DNA of 64,000 nt from Tubulanus polymorphus (GCF_964204645.1 NC_134030.1:8893222-8957221); one strand, 5' to 3'. Numbered from the stretch's first letter, positions 1-10,821 are shown. Notes: generated by a model not told the origin, from the sequence alone. Translations and numbers: made by a program.

Positions 1-1
1 G

Positions 2-1687
2 AACAACAATGCGTCAACTAGTCTGAACTATACGCCGCCGAATTCGCGGCGGCATACGATGTCCGAAAATCCGAACGCGCCGGGTCAATTCGCGGCGTCG
101 CATCGCAGTCAGGCGGCGAGCGGTTCCGTCAGCACGAACGCTAGTGAAAGCGTCTGTTCGTTATTGTCGTCTTATTCGCCGTTTCAAAGCTTCGATTCAA
201 ACATCGAAGCCGATCTGATGTCGAGCCAGTCGTCGTCAGTGGCGACGAATTATTCGCACCTGGGCGTGCCGGACACCGAACACAAGCGTCGATTCCTGCA
301 AGCGGGCGCCGAACGACCTCAATACTTGACGGTGTCGAGTTCGATGACGCCGCCGGACAATATGAAATATCAGAATGGCGCGAACAGTATACGCGACGAT
401 CCGCGCAATCGCAGTCAAACGCGTTCGCCGGTGAATTTCCGCGAGGGTCGCCGCGCGTCCGACGGTCTCGTGTCGCAGGATCTGATCGCATTCCGTCAGC
501 GATTGAAGGACAACATGAAGGTCGCCGGCATGCAAGAGTTGTACGCGAACGTGGAAAAAACGAGTCTATGGAAAGCTGATAAGACGTTGTGGGCGCCGGC
601 GAACTCGAATAACGAACAAACCTTTCCGCCGCCGAACATGGGCGCATTAAAAACGAAACGGTTGAGTTTTCCATTGGATAACAGTTTTAATCAACAAGTC
701 GTGCCTAATAATATGTTCCAGGGCATACCGGACAGTATTACGAGTAACGTCGACGGACTGGGCTTGTCGCCTCCGCAGAATATGACGCAAACGCCGACGA
801 CCGTGGCTACGTCGGCCGTCGGTTCGATGGAGTACGAAATGAAACCTCTTCAACAGAAATTGTTGCAACATCGTTTACAACAGAAACGCCAGTCGTTGCA
901 CAAAGCTATCCAACTGCAGCAACAGTTTCAACGCATGCACCTCGAACAGGGTCAGATACAGATGGCGTACCAGTCGGGTACATCTGCTCTGTCGCGGACT
1001 CCGTCTGCGACGCAGCAGTTAGGAGTAATAACGCAAACTGAATCTCAGTTCGTCGCCCAACAGCAGCAACAACAGTTAGTTCAGCTTTCTCTGTTACCGC
1101 AGTCGGAATCTCACTTCACCGCGGCGCAACATCAAATGGCGTCATCGTTGGTTCAACCGCACTCGTTCCTGACGCAGTCGGAATCGCAATTCATGCCACA
1201 ACCGATCGCGCCGTATACTCAACTACACACGGGCTCGTTGTTACAGCAATCTCATACGGGACTCTCCGACAACTTCATGGCACAAAAATTACATATAGAC
1301 AGTGCTGCGCACATCGGTCGCGGCGGCGCCGACATTCCATATCCGCGCAATTGTTCGCCGCCGCTCGTGCAAGTTCAAGGTCGTACGTCGCCGAATCAGT
1401 TAGTTCCGGGACTTCAGCCGCCGATTATCGGCAGCGGTGCGGCGGCCAGTGTTCGCCAGTCGGCTCAGCCGTCGACGATGTTGATGTCTTCGTGCCCTCC
1501 GTCGCGGTTAGCGATGCTGCGTAAACACGTCATACGGCAGTCGTCTTACAAACTCGCCCAGCAACAGACGGTCATGCCCCCGTATCCCGGAGACGAGATG
1601 GCTCTCTGGGAGTACGACTCGAGTATGGCGTTGTTCTCGTTTACGCCCGAAGACACGTTGTTGGAAGAATGTATGGACATCAACTAG
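2..1687 (+). CDS. SIK2: Salt-inducible kinase (SIK1/2-type), C-terminal coding region (5'-partial; kinase domain lies upstream of the window)
   Basis: The frame is open from nt 2 (NNNASTSLNYTPPNSRRHTMSE...), so the ATG at 59 is internal. It contains the SIK PKA/14-3-3 motifs RRHT(M)SE and SPVNFREGRRASDG, a Q-rich tail and RQSSYKLAQQQ. Stop TAG at 1685-1687. Paralog assignment (SIK1/2 vs SIK3) is less certain than the family call. Confidence 0.85.
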   Translation, partial: NNNASTSLNYTPPNSRRHTMSENPNAPGQFAASHRSQAASGSVSTNASESVCSLLSSYSPFQSFDSNIEADLMSSQSSSVATNYSHLGVPDTEHKRRFLQAGAERPQYLTVSSSMTPPDNMKYQNGANSIRDDPRNRSQTRSPVNFREGRRASDGLVSQDLIAFRQRLKDNMKVAGMQELYANVEKTSLWKADKTLWAPANSNNEQTFPPPNMGALKTKRLSFPLDNSFNQQVVPNNMFQGIPDSITSNVDGLGLSPPQNMTQTPTTVATSAVGSMEYEMKPLQQKLLQHRLQQKRQSLHKAIQLQQQFQRMHLEQGQIQMAYQSGTSALSRTPSATQQLGVITQTESQFVAQQQQQQLVQLSLLPQSESHFTAAQHQMASSLVQPHSFLTQSESQFMPQPIAPYTQLHTGSLLQQSHTGLSDNFMAQKLHIDSAAHIGRGGADIPYPRNCSPPLVQVQGRTSPNQLVPGLQPPIIGSGAAASVRQSAQPSTMLMSSCPPSRLAMLRKHVIRQSSYKLAQQQTVMPPYPGDEMALWEYDSSMALFSFTPEDTLLEECMDIN

Positions 1688-1798
1688 ATCTATATTAGGG
1701 GCTAGGCTACGTGTAGTACGTATATTCAATGTCAGTAATGTTCAAATAGAAAATCTTTATTCGTATGTAAGAAAATGTCGGGATCTATTGCAATCATT

Positions 1799-2108
1799 CA
1801 GGGGTGGATCAAGGGGCAGACTTCGACAGGAGCACAATGAAATGAAAAGGGCTGAAAAAGGGCAAATCAAGTATCCGCACAGCCAAAACTGGGGTCTTAC
1901 ATACTTTATAATTAGTGCATTTTGATACAATTTCTAGGCACTTGGGGGTCACTTGGGCTAGAATAGGCCTATATTAGCTAAATCTTATGCCGCAGACTGC
2001 TGTCTCATTAGTTGCCGCTGGAAAAAGTGCCCTGAAAAATATTGCCATTGTATTTTTAAAAAGGGTATAGGAAAATTGCTGCAGGAACACGTCTGGATCC
2101 ACCCCCTG
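1799..2108. mobile_element. Non-autonomous DNA transposon (MITE) with CAGGGG termini
   Basis: TIRs CAGGGGTGGATC ... GATCCACCCCCTG; flanks TCATT/TTATT (5-bp TSD with one mismatch). Confidence 0.6.
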
Positions 2109-3012
2109 TTATTTGTGTGTGTGTGAGAGTGGTTGTTTAATGGCAGTTGCTATGTTTTAACGTGTCAATTGTATATCACCAATTAATTGGGCTTTGATTA
2201 TCGTCAAATCTCGGATGAATATGGCGCGATCTCACCCTCATCCATTTGCTTAATGAACAGTCGTTTGGATGCATTTCACCGGTTAGAAAATTTGGACTGA
2301 TGAAAAAATTTGTGATACACTTCATTAGAAATGGAAAGTCCTATTCCAGTAAGTACAGGCAATTCCCAGCCTGTACTCAAATGGTTATTGACACAATCCG
2401 GATTTCCAAAGTTCATGATCGTTTTGATTATTCATCGATGATTCAACTTGGGTAAATATGTAGGCCTATCTGTTCTAGGATTCGATAATTTTCCAGTGCA
2501 GTTGAATGAAATAAATTTGCATTTACCGGGTATGTCAGAAAACAAGTGAAATTAATTTCAAGGACGTGAAATTTTGTTAAGTACTAATTCTAAATACGCT
2601 CGGATTCCAGTGTGTTTCCGAGGATGTTTTCATTGTCAAAATCTTAATAATAACAGCAGAATTTCCACCGAGAAATCTTGAAAAAATGTCATCGTGTTTT
2701 CGCCAAACCCCCTCCCCCTGGTTCAATCAAGGTTATAAATGATCTATTCGAAAAGTAAATGCCCCAGGCCTCACCAGATGAAATCAGTAATCGTCGGTGC
2801 CATTTGGAAAATCTATGCCCAATTTTACCTAATCGAAGCACATACAATCACATGATTGATTTAAAGTCTCAAGCTAACAATGAAGAATACCCCCGGTTAT
2901 AGTTTATTTTCAAATATTTGATACCTGGTAGGCGTCAAATGTTTATCCAGTTACTTTGGCCAGCTCATTTTAAGTCTGACCCTAAGATTGAATCAATTAC
3001 CATATACCAATC

Positions 3013-3298
3013 CATCCTCCCCGGCATACGAACCTGATGGCATTGCTAATCTCAGCCACGGCACGGACCCCTGCCACACTGCCACACTATGCGCAGGTTT
3101 GCCACAAGTAAACTTGCGGCACCAATCAGATTGTTTGTTGTGTAAATGGGAAAACCCGGGCTGAAATAAAACAGGATTTGCTAAAAATGACATCATCTAT
3201 GCTGCGCATGTAGCTGCTCACTCAGTCTAGTGTGGCAGGGTTTTGTACCGTAGCCAGTCTCGATTCCATCAGGTTCGAATCCTTGCCGAGGGAGGATG
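3013..3298. repeat. Inverted pair of ~70-bp tRNA/SINE-like segments (3013-3080 minus, 3229-3298 plus)
   Basis: The reverse complement of 3013-3080 aligns with 3229-3298 (AGTGTGGCAGGG...CCATCAGGTTCG...GGGAGGATG). The plus copy has a B-box GGTTCGAATCC at 3272-3282. Confidence 0.55.
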
Positions 3299-3860
3299 AT
3301 ACTAAGCCCGCGCCAAGCTTTTTTGAGAGGCTGTTCTATTTCAAGCAAAAGGGATTTTTTCACCATGAAAATGGGCATTTTCTTATTCAAAAAGGACAGC
3401 TCTCAGATATGTACCTGAATGAATCATTTGAGAATGGATTACTTTTCATTTCCCTCAAAAAAAAACCCAGAAAATTGTATCCAAATTCAAAAACAGTAAT
3501 CCCCTCGGCACGGGCCTGTATAGTGGAACTCAAGAACTAAATGTCGGCTTTCTGTTAAACATATTATTAATATCATTTAGAAGCAAACAGCATTTATACA
3601 TTACATGTACGGTTTAACCAAAAACAAGTCAAAGCAGGTGATAATGTATGAAATTTGCAGTTTAATATGCACTCAGATGTGAATACCATTGGTGTAATTA
3701 TACAACGTTTATCTCATACATTATAGAGACGTGTCATTTATTTGTTTATACAATCAGTTGTTGACTCTTGTTTACAAGTATTCAAAGTTACTTTTACAAC
3801 TACGTTAATCTTCAATGTCTTACATAAAAATGCGCGATAACAAAAAATACATCTGTTACA

Positions 3861-3900
<40 letters not shown>

Positions 3901-3911
3901 TATTATTATTA
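3861..3911. repeat. (ATT)n microsatellite
   Basis: Near-perfect ATT run read directly. Confidence 0.95.
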
Positions 3912-4363
3912 GAGAAATATATTGTATTTTTACAGATGCAAATTAGATTTGTATTTCGTCGAAGATAATGTATGTACGTTGATAATGCGTGTTTGACAAA
4001 GGATTTTAAACTTTGTCAGCTTTACGGCGGCGAGGTCGCGTATTGATTTTTGACTGCTTTTTGGTATGGTCAGTTCTACTATGCCTTTGTATATTTCAAG
4101 GGGTTATAAAGTATTCTTAATTCAATACCGATAGTTAATTAAAACCTCTACGGAGGCTGTTCCATGCTATGGTAATTTTCCGTACATATGTATGCGTGTA
4201 TCTGGTCAAAGCTAGAAGTTTCAATAAGGGCCTATCGGGTATAATTGACTCATCTATACTTAGTTCCAATATCTACAAAATAACTTGTACGCATGATCAG
4301 TGATAGCTATACTTCGGTATGATTACCCTCGATGTATAAGCTATGTTACAATCATCTCTCCCC

Positions 4364-4471
4364 GGACCCAGTTCCACAGTTGTAAGTTAAGATTTGACTC
4401 TGAGTTAACTGAAACTGAACTGAACTTAAACTCAGAGTTAACACTTAACTCACAACTGTGGAACCGGATCC
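4364..4471. mobile_element. Short palindromic MITE (related copy at 28558-28660)
   Basis: GGACCCAGTTCCACAGTTGTAAGTTAAG ... CTTAACTCACAACTGTGGAACCGGATCC form inverted ends; a similar element recurs in an MCT intron. Confidence 0.6.
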
Positions 4472-4492
4472 CGAAGAACTGTCATTCAGGAT

Positions 4493-4701
4493 CAGGGTCC
4501 CTACAGATCAGTCACTCCAGAATTCAAGGACTTTTCACGGGGAAAATTTCAAATTTTGACCTGAACATTTTCTGATTACCAATTTCTTAAAATTCTAAGA
4601 GTTTTCAAGGACTTTAGGGCATTTTGGTCAAATTCTAGGATATTCAAGGACCTTGAAAAAAATTTTTGGTTTCAAGAAATCAAGGAGTCATGGGGACCCT
4701 G
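4493..4701. mobile_element. MITE with CAGGGTCCC TIRs and 5-bp TSD (hAT5-like)
   Basis: TIRs CAGGGTCCC / GGGACCCTG; AGGAT direct repeat at 4488-4492 and 4702-4706. Confidence 0.75.
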
Positions 4702-6371
4702 AGGATGCTGAACGCCTCACATAGAGATGTGTTCAGTTAAACTCAGCCGATACAAGGCTTATCGGAAGAAATATCTTCACCTTTTGCCTGATTGTAATGT
4801 GTAAATATGTCGATTGAATGTAACCGTTCGTTAAATTGAAACGGAATTGCTGTATGTTGTGTAGACTTTTGTAAATATATTTATTCGGAGTACACTGATG
4901 TTAAACGTGGGTTGATTAATCATTGAATAATCTGCTTCATTTGCTGATATGAGAGCCAAATTTACGATTGTGTTCAACTGATTGTTGTGTATATAATGAA
5001 TGCGATCTTGTGCGGACTGTACATTCTAATTGAAAAACACATGTGATGTTACCTCTGATTAATTTCATGCCCATCTCTCTACTAAACTGTTTATGGGTGG
5101 TTTTCACAATGTCCAGTTCCAAATTATGGGTCTTTATGGGTTCAAAACAGATTGTAAATAAGCCTTCTTAATCCTAATCTAATGGAATTCATTGGTTTCT
5201 TATATCTATGTACTTCTGGTCCTCAGTTGCAGATCAGAAATGATTTCGAACAGTATTTTGTATAAATTCACTGACTTGATTAGTTTTCCAAGTACATCGT
5301 ACCGGTACAAGGAGCCTGAGCTTGTCTATTCTGTGAGCTTGTCGATTCCGCATGCATTGTTCATGTCATGTGTTAATTTTCAGTTAGTACTTAGTAAACA
5401 CTCGTACAGTAAACAACCTAATCCCCTCTACAAGTTGTATTTTATGTTAGAAATGAGGATTTGTATGTTTCATGTACAATACAGTCAGTTGATGTGCTAG
5501 GTGTTAACACCGACTTAATGGATATTTCTTAAGAAATAAAATCGAAATATAGATCATTATTAGAGTTTACTTGATGCTTTTCATGGTTTGTAGTAGGTCT
5601 ACATAGCTACATTTTGGAGAAAAAGTGTTAGTTAAGGCCCTGATTTGCCCTTACATGATCAGTAAGTGATGTCTGAAGGGAAATGGGTGGTTCTAAGGGT
5701 GATGAGTGATGTTTCTTCATCAACCTGCACTACCAATCAAGATATATCCTTATGGTATGTTCCTTTGGACTCATTTACACTACCAATCCTGGAACATCAA
5801 ACAGCCATAAACCAGTTATCAGGCAGCGCACCGCCACCAGAGCTACCGTTGTCTGGATTTCCCCTAACTATATTGCAGAACCAGAGTACGCGCAACAGAA
5901 GCCTGTCATATTAAAACTACACAAAATGAAAGAAACATCGAATGAAAGTGACCAAGCTTGTTTTAAGTTATCTTATATTGCTGTATTAACATAATCACAA
6001 TGAATGCTACAACATAAACAATACATCACACATATCTCAGACTTTGAAAAAGTCAGCTAAGTCTATATCATAATAAGTTTAAAAACCCACTATTATACAG
6101 AATTTAAGATTTAAATAAAATTCTGTATATTCTGCTGTTCTCTTTGTCTGAGTGTGGTTATTCTTCCACAGTCTATCATTATGTTTTAATTTAATGAACA
6201 AGCATTGACCCTGCAGTCAAATTGAACCCTAAAATATGTCATAGTGTCTTGTTCCAAAGGGAAAGATACCTGTGATCAGTCTACAGTTAAACTATAAGAG
6301 AAATTGATGGTTGACATTCATTATTTATAACAGCGGTGAATTGATGTGATTACTCATTAGTTTTAAGCTAT

Positions 6372-6514
6372 AATGAAAGATGGCAGCACCTATCAAACGG
6401 TGTAGATGCATCATAGCAGTACTGGTGTGCCTGTTATTCAACACAGGGGCGGAATTTTTGAAAATCCTTAAATTATCCCCAGCGCTGGTGGGTATTGATT
6501 AATCACTGGTAGGG
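6372..6514 (+). mobile_element. Truncated copy of the piggyBac-type MITE family
   Basis: Shares GAAAGATGGCAGCACCTATCA, GTTATTCAACAC and the AGGG-TTAA end with the complete copy at 63527-63783. Confidence 0.6.
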
Positions 6515-6592
6515 TTAAACCCTAATGTGTCCCGTTCCAAAGGAAAGATACTACACGCGATCAGTTCACAACAGTCACGATAAAAGAGGGAT

Positions 6593-8227
6593 TCATGTTT
6601 GACACTCATTATTACATATGACTCGCCGAGCTTCGATCGGATCGATGCGTAACATGTTATAGTAAAGTTTCGCACGCTCCTCCAGATCGACAGTATTAGA
6701 ATCGCTCAAGCACATCTCGAACAGCTTACCCAACGCGTCCTGGCACTGCGCCGGCTGCGCGAAAAACAACTTCATCGCCGAATGCAACACGCTGAATTTC
6801 ACTTTCGCGACTTCGTTGTCGAGAGAATCGTCGTCGCCGTTGACGAAGTCGTCGATGACGTACGCGCCGTCGTCGAACTCGCCGCCATGTTCGCCGAGCA
6901 GATACAAGAGGGCGCTTTTACCGCCGCCGTCTTCGACGTAACTCGCGCACTCGCGAAGTCGACTGACGAGTCGTTTGACCAGCGCCGCGTCGGCTAACGG
7001 AATCGACTTCAATACGCAAAGAACGTTCGACGACAAACTACTCGATCGCAACTCGAGCATTTTCAGCAGTTTTTCGACGCAGACGTCGTAACAGTCTTTG
7101 TTTTGACGCGCGACCGCGATTTTACCCAAAGCGGCGACTGCGGCCACCGAAACATCGACGTTTATATCCAACGAATACATCGACAATTCTTCAACGATCT
7201 CGGTGACGTTTTCGTCCGTCGCGATCTTCGGGAGCATGGCGATTTTTTTCGTTTTTACGTACGTCGGTTCGTGAGCTTTGCAATAGAAGCTCGTCGCTTC
7301 TAAATCGACGGCGCGCGGCGAACCCACGTCTCCGCTATCGCTCGTCGTAGATGGCGCCAAAACCATACGATCGATATATTCCAGAACGGCGTAAACGAGT
7401 TCGCGATTATCCGACCCTAAAAAAGAAACCAACGCGCGGTGCGAACGTTTGAATATGTCCACTTGTAAATGCGGCATTTCAGCGACTAATCGCAAGAATA
7501 GTTCGACCGTTGCCCTGACAACCGACGCGTTGAAGTGATTCAGATACTTATCGAGAATATTCAGAATGTCGAAAACTTCGTTTTCATCTTTCGTCTCGTA
7601 ACGCTTCAAGACGTCGAACACGCGTATGACGCCCCACTCGGAGAACGACGAAACGCGATTCAACAACGAATACGCTATATTCTTATTGACGACGATGCCA
7701 CCTTCCGGTCGTAATAACTCGTCGAGCGTGTGCAAGCAGTTGACGACGACGATCGGATCGGTGTCGCGTATCATCGCGTAGAGCTCATCGACAATGCCGC
7801 ACTCGACGAGGAAACTCGCGTTCGACCTGGCGACGGAAACACAGTTCGAAACGGCGATGCGGCGCACGTACGCGCTGCGATCTTTCAGACCGGCGACGAC
7901 CGCGTGGCTGACGTAATCGCTGAAACTGTCGTCGCGCAATGCGCAGATCGTACGCAGCGCTAAACCGCGCACGGTCGGATTCGGGTCGGAGCAGTCTTTC
8001 ACCAGTGTGTTTATCGCCAGCAGTAACGTCTGCGGCGCGACGCCACCATACGACGACACGAACAGACATGCAAACTTTTTCACGCGCAGATCGTTGTGCG
8101 CGATTAACTTGACGATCGTCGGGAACAACGCTTCGATTTCGTTGTGGGAAAGTTTCGGCGACAGCGCCTGCTTCAAGAGACCTTCGAGTTCCTGAGCGCT
8201 GACATTCACGTCGCCTTTCGACTGCAT
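6593..8227 (-). CDS. AP4B1: AP-4 adaptor complex subunit beta (trunk only, intronless, 544 aa)
   Basis: Adaptin N-terminal trunk with beta4-diagnostic motifs DPNPTVRGLALRTICALR, GLKDRSAYVRRIAV, DPIVVVNCLHTLDELLRPEGGIVVNKNIAYSLLNR, FDILNILD and ERAKLYYNML (beta1/2 have DPNPLIRALAVRTMGCIR instead). In-frame TAA 12 nt upstream of the ATG; A at -3. Confidence 0.9.
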   Translation of the reverse strand: MQSKGDVNVSAQELEGLLKQALSPKLSHNEIEALFPTIVKLIAHNDLRVKKFACLFVSSYGGVAPQTLLLAINTLVKDCSDPNPTVRGLALRTICALRDDSFSDYVSHAVVAGLKDRSAYVRRIAVSNCVSVARSNASFLVECGIVDELYAMIRDTDPIVVVNCLHTLDELLRPEGGIVVNKNIAYSLLNRVSSFSEWGVIRVFDVLKRYETKDENEVFDILNILDKYLNHFNASVVRATVELFLRLVAEMPHLQVDIFKRSHRALVSFLGSDNRELVYAVLEYIDRMVLAPSTTSDSGDVGSPRAVDLEATSFYCKAHEPTYVKTKKIAMLPKIATDENVTEIVEELSMYSLDINVDVSVAAVAALGKIAVARQNKDCYDVCVEKLLKMLELRSSSLSSNVLCVLKSIPLADAALVKRLVSRLRECASYVEDGGGKSALLYLLGEHGGEFDDGAYVIDDFVNGDDDSLDNEVAKVKFSVLHSAMKLFFAQPAQCQDALGKLFEMCLSDSNTVDLEERAKLYYNMLRIDPIEARRVICNNECQT

Positions 8228-8275
8228 GTTTGAGAGTTATTTAGCGATTTAGCGGATGGTCCCCAAGAACGGCAG

Positions 8276-8503
8276 TTAGTTGTTGCTCGACGGAACTGGG
8301 TTTTCGTGAAGGTTCGACAATGCGACGTCCGTCCATTTCTGCTCTTGTTCGAACAATGTTTCGTTGCTATTGCCGTTGTCAGGCTCCAATTCGGGAAGTT
8401 CCATCTGAGGCACGGCGATATCTTCCATCGGTAGTTTGTCCGATTGCCACTGGGGGTCGCACAAGTCCATCAAATGACCGTCTCGCATCACTTCACTATC
8501 CAT
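8276..8503 (-). CDS. ANAPC13: Anaphase-promoting complex subunit 13 (75 aa)
   Basis: MDSEVMRDGHLMDLCDPQWQSDKLPMEDIAVP...ELPELEPDNG...EQEQKWTDVALSNLHE matches APC13 as I recall it (MDSEVQRDGRILDLIDDAWREDKLPYEDVAIP...EQEMKWTDLALQYLHE) over the full length. Strong Kozak context AAAATGG. Confidence 0.93.
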   Translation of the reverse strand: MDSEVMRDGHLMDLCDPQWQSDKLPMEDIAVPQMELPELEPDNGNSNETLFEQEQKWTDVALSNLHENPVPSSNN

Positions 8504-8574
8504 TTTCTATTCCTATTTCGATCAATTTGATGAGATGTGAAGTGCTGTTTCTCAACTGCTGTTGTCTACTGAAC

Positions 8575-9498
8575 CTGAAAAAGAAATGTTTACAAATTCA
8601 CGCGGGGAAGCCTAACCACCATGGCGCGGGACAAGAGCTCTGTTTGAAATAACCGAATTGAATGCGTCATTGGGGCAATTGACATTGTTGTGACAGACAT
8701 CAGCAGACTTGATGCTTTGCTTGTGGATAGATTTAAGCATTACGGAGTGTATAGTATTGGTAGATGGAGCGGAGGGCGCGTACACATAGGATCATGAGTA
8801 AATCTATTTTTTGGAATAAGGATGACCGAGAATACGTATCACTCAGTTATTCGGTATTCCCCCTATTATCAACTATAATTGCAAATTGGATTTACCAAGA
8901 CAAAATGACTTTTGTGCCAAAAAAAATGTCAAAGCGTATACATTACACTATTACTATATTACACAGATAGTAAATCTGTGATACGTGAAAAGCCATACAT
9001 GATGAAGATAAAGGGCCTGAATAAGCCCCCTCACCTGAATATTTCTGCCAAAATAATAATCTAGTTAAAAACGAATTTCATCGATCACAACTGGATGATT
9101 GCGCATACAGTTTCGCTGGAGCCACCCTTTCTCGAGCTATATCAATTCAATTCAATAAACTCTATATAGCGCGGAATACGGAGCGGACATCGGACCTAAA
9201 CGCAATATTGTTGACTTGTTCCAAATTTTGTACGATATTTCATTTTGCATAAGACTCTGAGTCGAGTAATTTTGAAACGATCATTCAAATAATGACTCCA
9301 AGCATAAACGTATTGTTGCTGAAAAGATGTGAACTTTTATTCAACGGGTCAAGGGCCAGTTTTTGCCACAGCGCAACGGCACACAACTTTGGAAGTTCGG
9401 CGTTATTCTTAAAAAATGATATTCCCAAAAATACAACCAGGAACTGTGCGCACAAACGCCCTTTCAAGTGAAACCTAAAATTCATTTCACGATCTTAC
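8575..9498 (-). other. Predicted 5'-UTR intron of the ANAPC13/AP4B1 transcript
   Basis: Acceptor CATTTCTTTTTCAG|G (exon starts 8574, 71 nt before the APC13 ATG); candidate donor CTAG|GTAAGA (upstream exon ends 9499). The pairing of the two sites is inferred. Confidence 0.55.
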
Positions 9499-10397
9499 CT
9501 AGTTCTCATTCTGGTTTTAACTGTCACAGCGGTACTGACCGAGTCTGTTTTTCAAGCGGCTACGTTATCATTTTCATTATACTTATCTCTACGGAAAATG
9601 GTTTTAATTGCTAGTATTAAGTTTGAAAATCAAGTCATAGGCCTATATACAATATGACTCCCGAAAACTCGAAGATTGATTGGGTTTGAAGGATTTTCTG
9701 ACCAGTTTTTCAACAGACAGTGCATTTTGATCACACGTTCGATGTTGCGTCCGGGAGAGAAAATATTCAGATGGAAGAAGAAACAAATCTAGTATACTAA
9801 AAATCGAGTATGACGACCATTTAAACCAGTAATTAACTATAACTTCAAATGTGCAGTTGTTTATGTATAGTAATTAATGGGAAAACCTGTACTTCATTCA
9901 ATAAAGTTGACGAGTTTTGTCCAAAGCATTTACTTTCTAAGTAGTTTATTTCCAATTAAAAATATTGCAGATAAAGTACTGGTACTCAACACACGTGAAG
10001 TGTGGACGAGCACCCTTTGAAAGTGCGCTGATTAAATCCTTTCCAATTGAAAATATATCTGGATGTCTTTCATACATGTGAGTATAGCCTCTACGAAATG
10101 ACGTTGATTATCGAATTGTATGCAGTAGCAGTGGAGGGGAGTCCCAATTTACGATAACGGGTTGGAAAAGAACAAAAATTAATTTCATCTGCTGTGCTGA
10201 CATCAATTAATCTTGCGAAGGACATGAGTGCGGCGATGCAGGCATCGAAAATGTTATGTATAGAATTGTAAGAATGACTCGTAGTTTGGACAGTGCAAAA
10301 CCCCGAATGATTTTGGTCAATGTGCCACAACATTACAATGAGTCTATCACTACAACCGCTCAAAACAAATATCCGACTTGACAACTGTGATGCCATC

Positions 10398-10470
10398 GGT
10401 TTCGTAGTGTAGTGGTGATCACGTCCGCTTCACACGCGGAAGGTCGCGGGTTCGAGCCCCGCCGAAACCT
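10398..10470 (+). tRNA. tRNA-Val(CAC)
   Basis: 73-nt cloverleaf: acceptor GGTTTCG/CGAAACC, anticodon arm TCCGC-TT CAC AC-GCGGA, T arm GCGGG-TTCGAGC-CCCGC; T5 terminator at 10481-10485. Confidence 0.95.
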
Positions 10471-10821
10471 TTCACTCAACTTTTTGAACCCCAATTTTTC
10501 GACCATATCTCAAATTCTATTTTTCCATCCAGCAGATAGTGTGATGGTACGTTTCTATGATTCAGCATTATTATTTGTCCAATTAAGTGGAACCGATTTG
10601 TTGTTTTTGATTGGTTCTAAAAAATGTCTTGATCACTCATTCAGATGTTATGCCATACAAACGGGTTTTTCTGCCTATAGCGCATCATTAATATACAAAC
10701 CTTTGGGAGTTATAAACAGATATAAAAAATTGTTCTCCAATGAAATTCATCGGATTATCTTGACTTCTACAATGTAATAGGCAATTATTCACTGAAATAA
10801 TCAAAATTTATGTACCGTGAT

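Noticed and set aside
141-8195. Antisense and alternative-frame ORFs overlapping SIK and AP4B1 (likewise those over MCT and APP exons)
   Set aside because: Shadow ORFs expected from CpG-rich codon usage; no recognisable motifs.
8228-8278. APC13-AP4B1 stop-codon readthrough fusion (the ORFs are in the same frame)
   Set aside because: Two additional in-frame TAA codons lie in the spacer.
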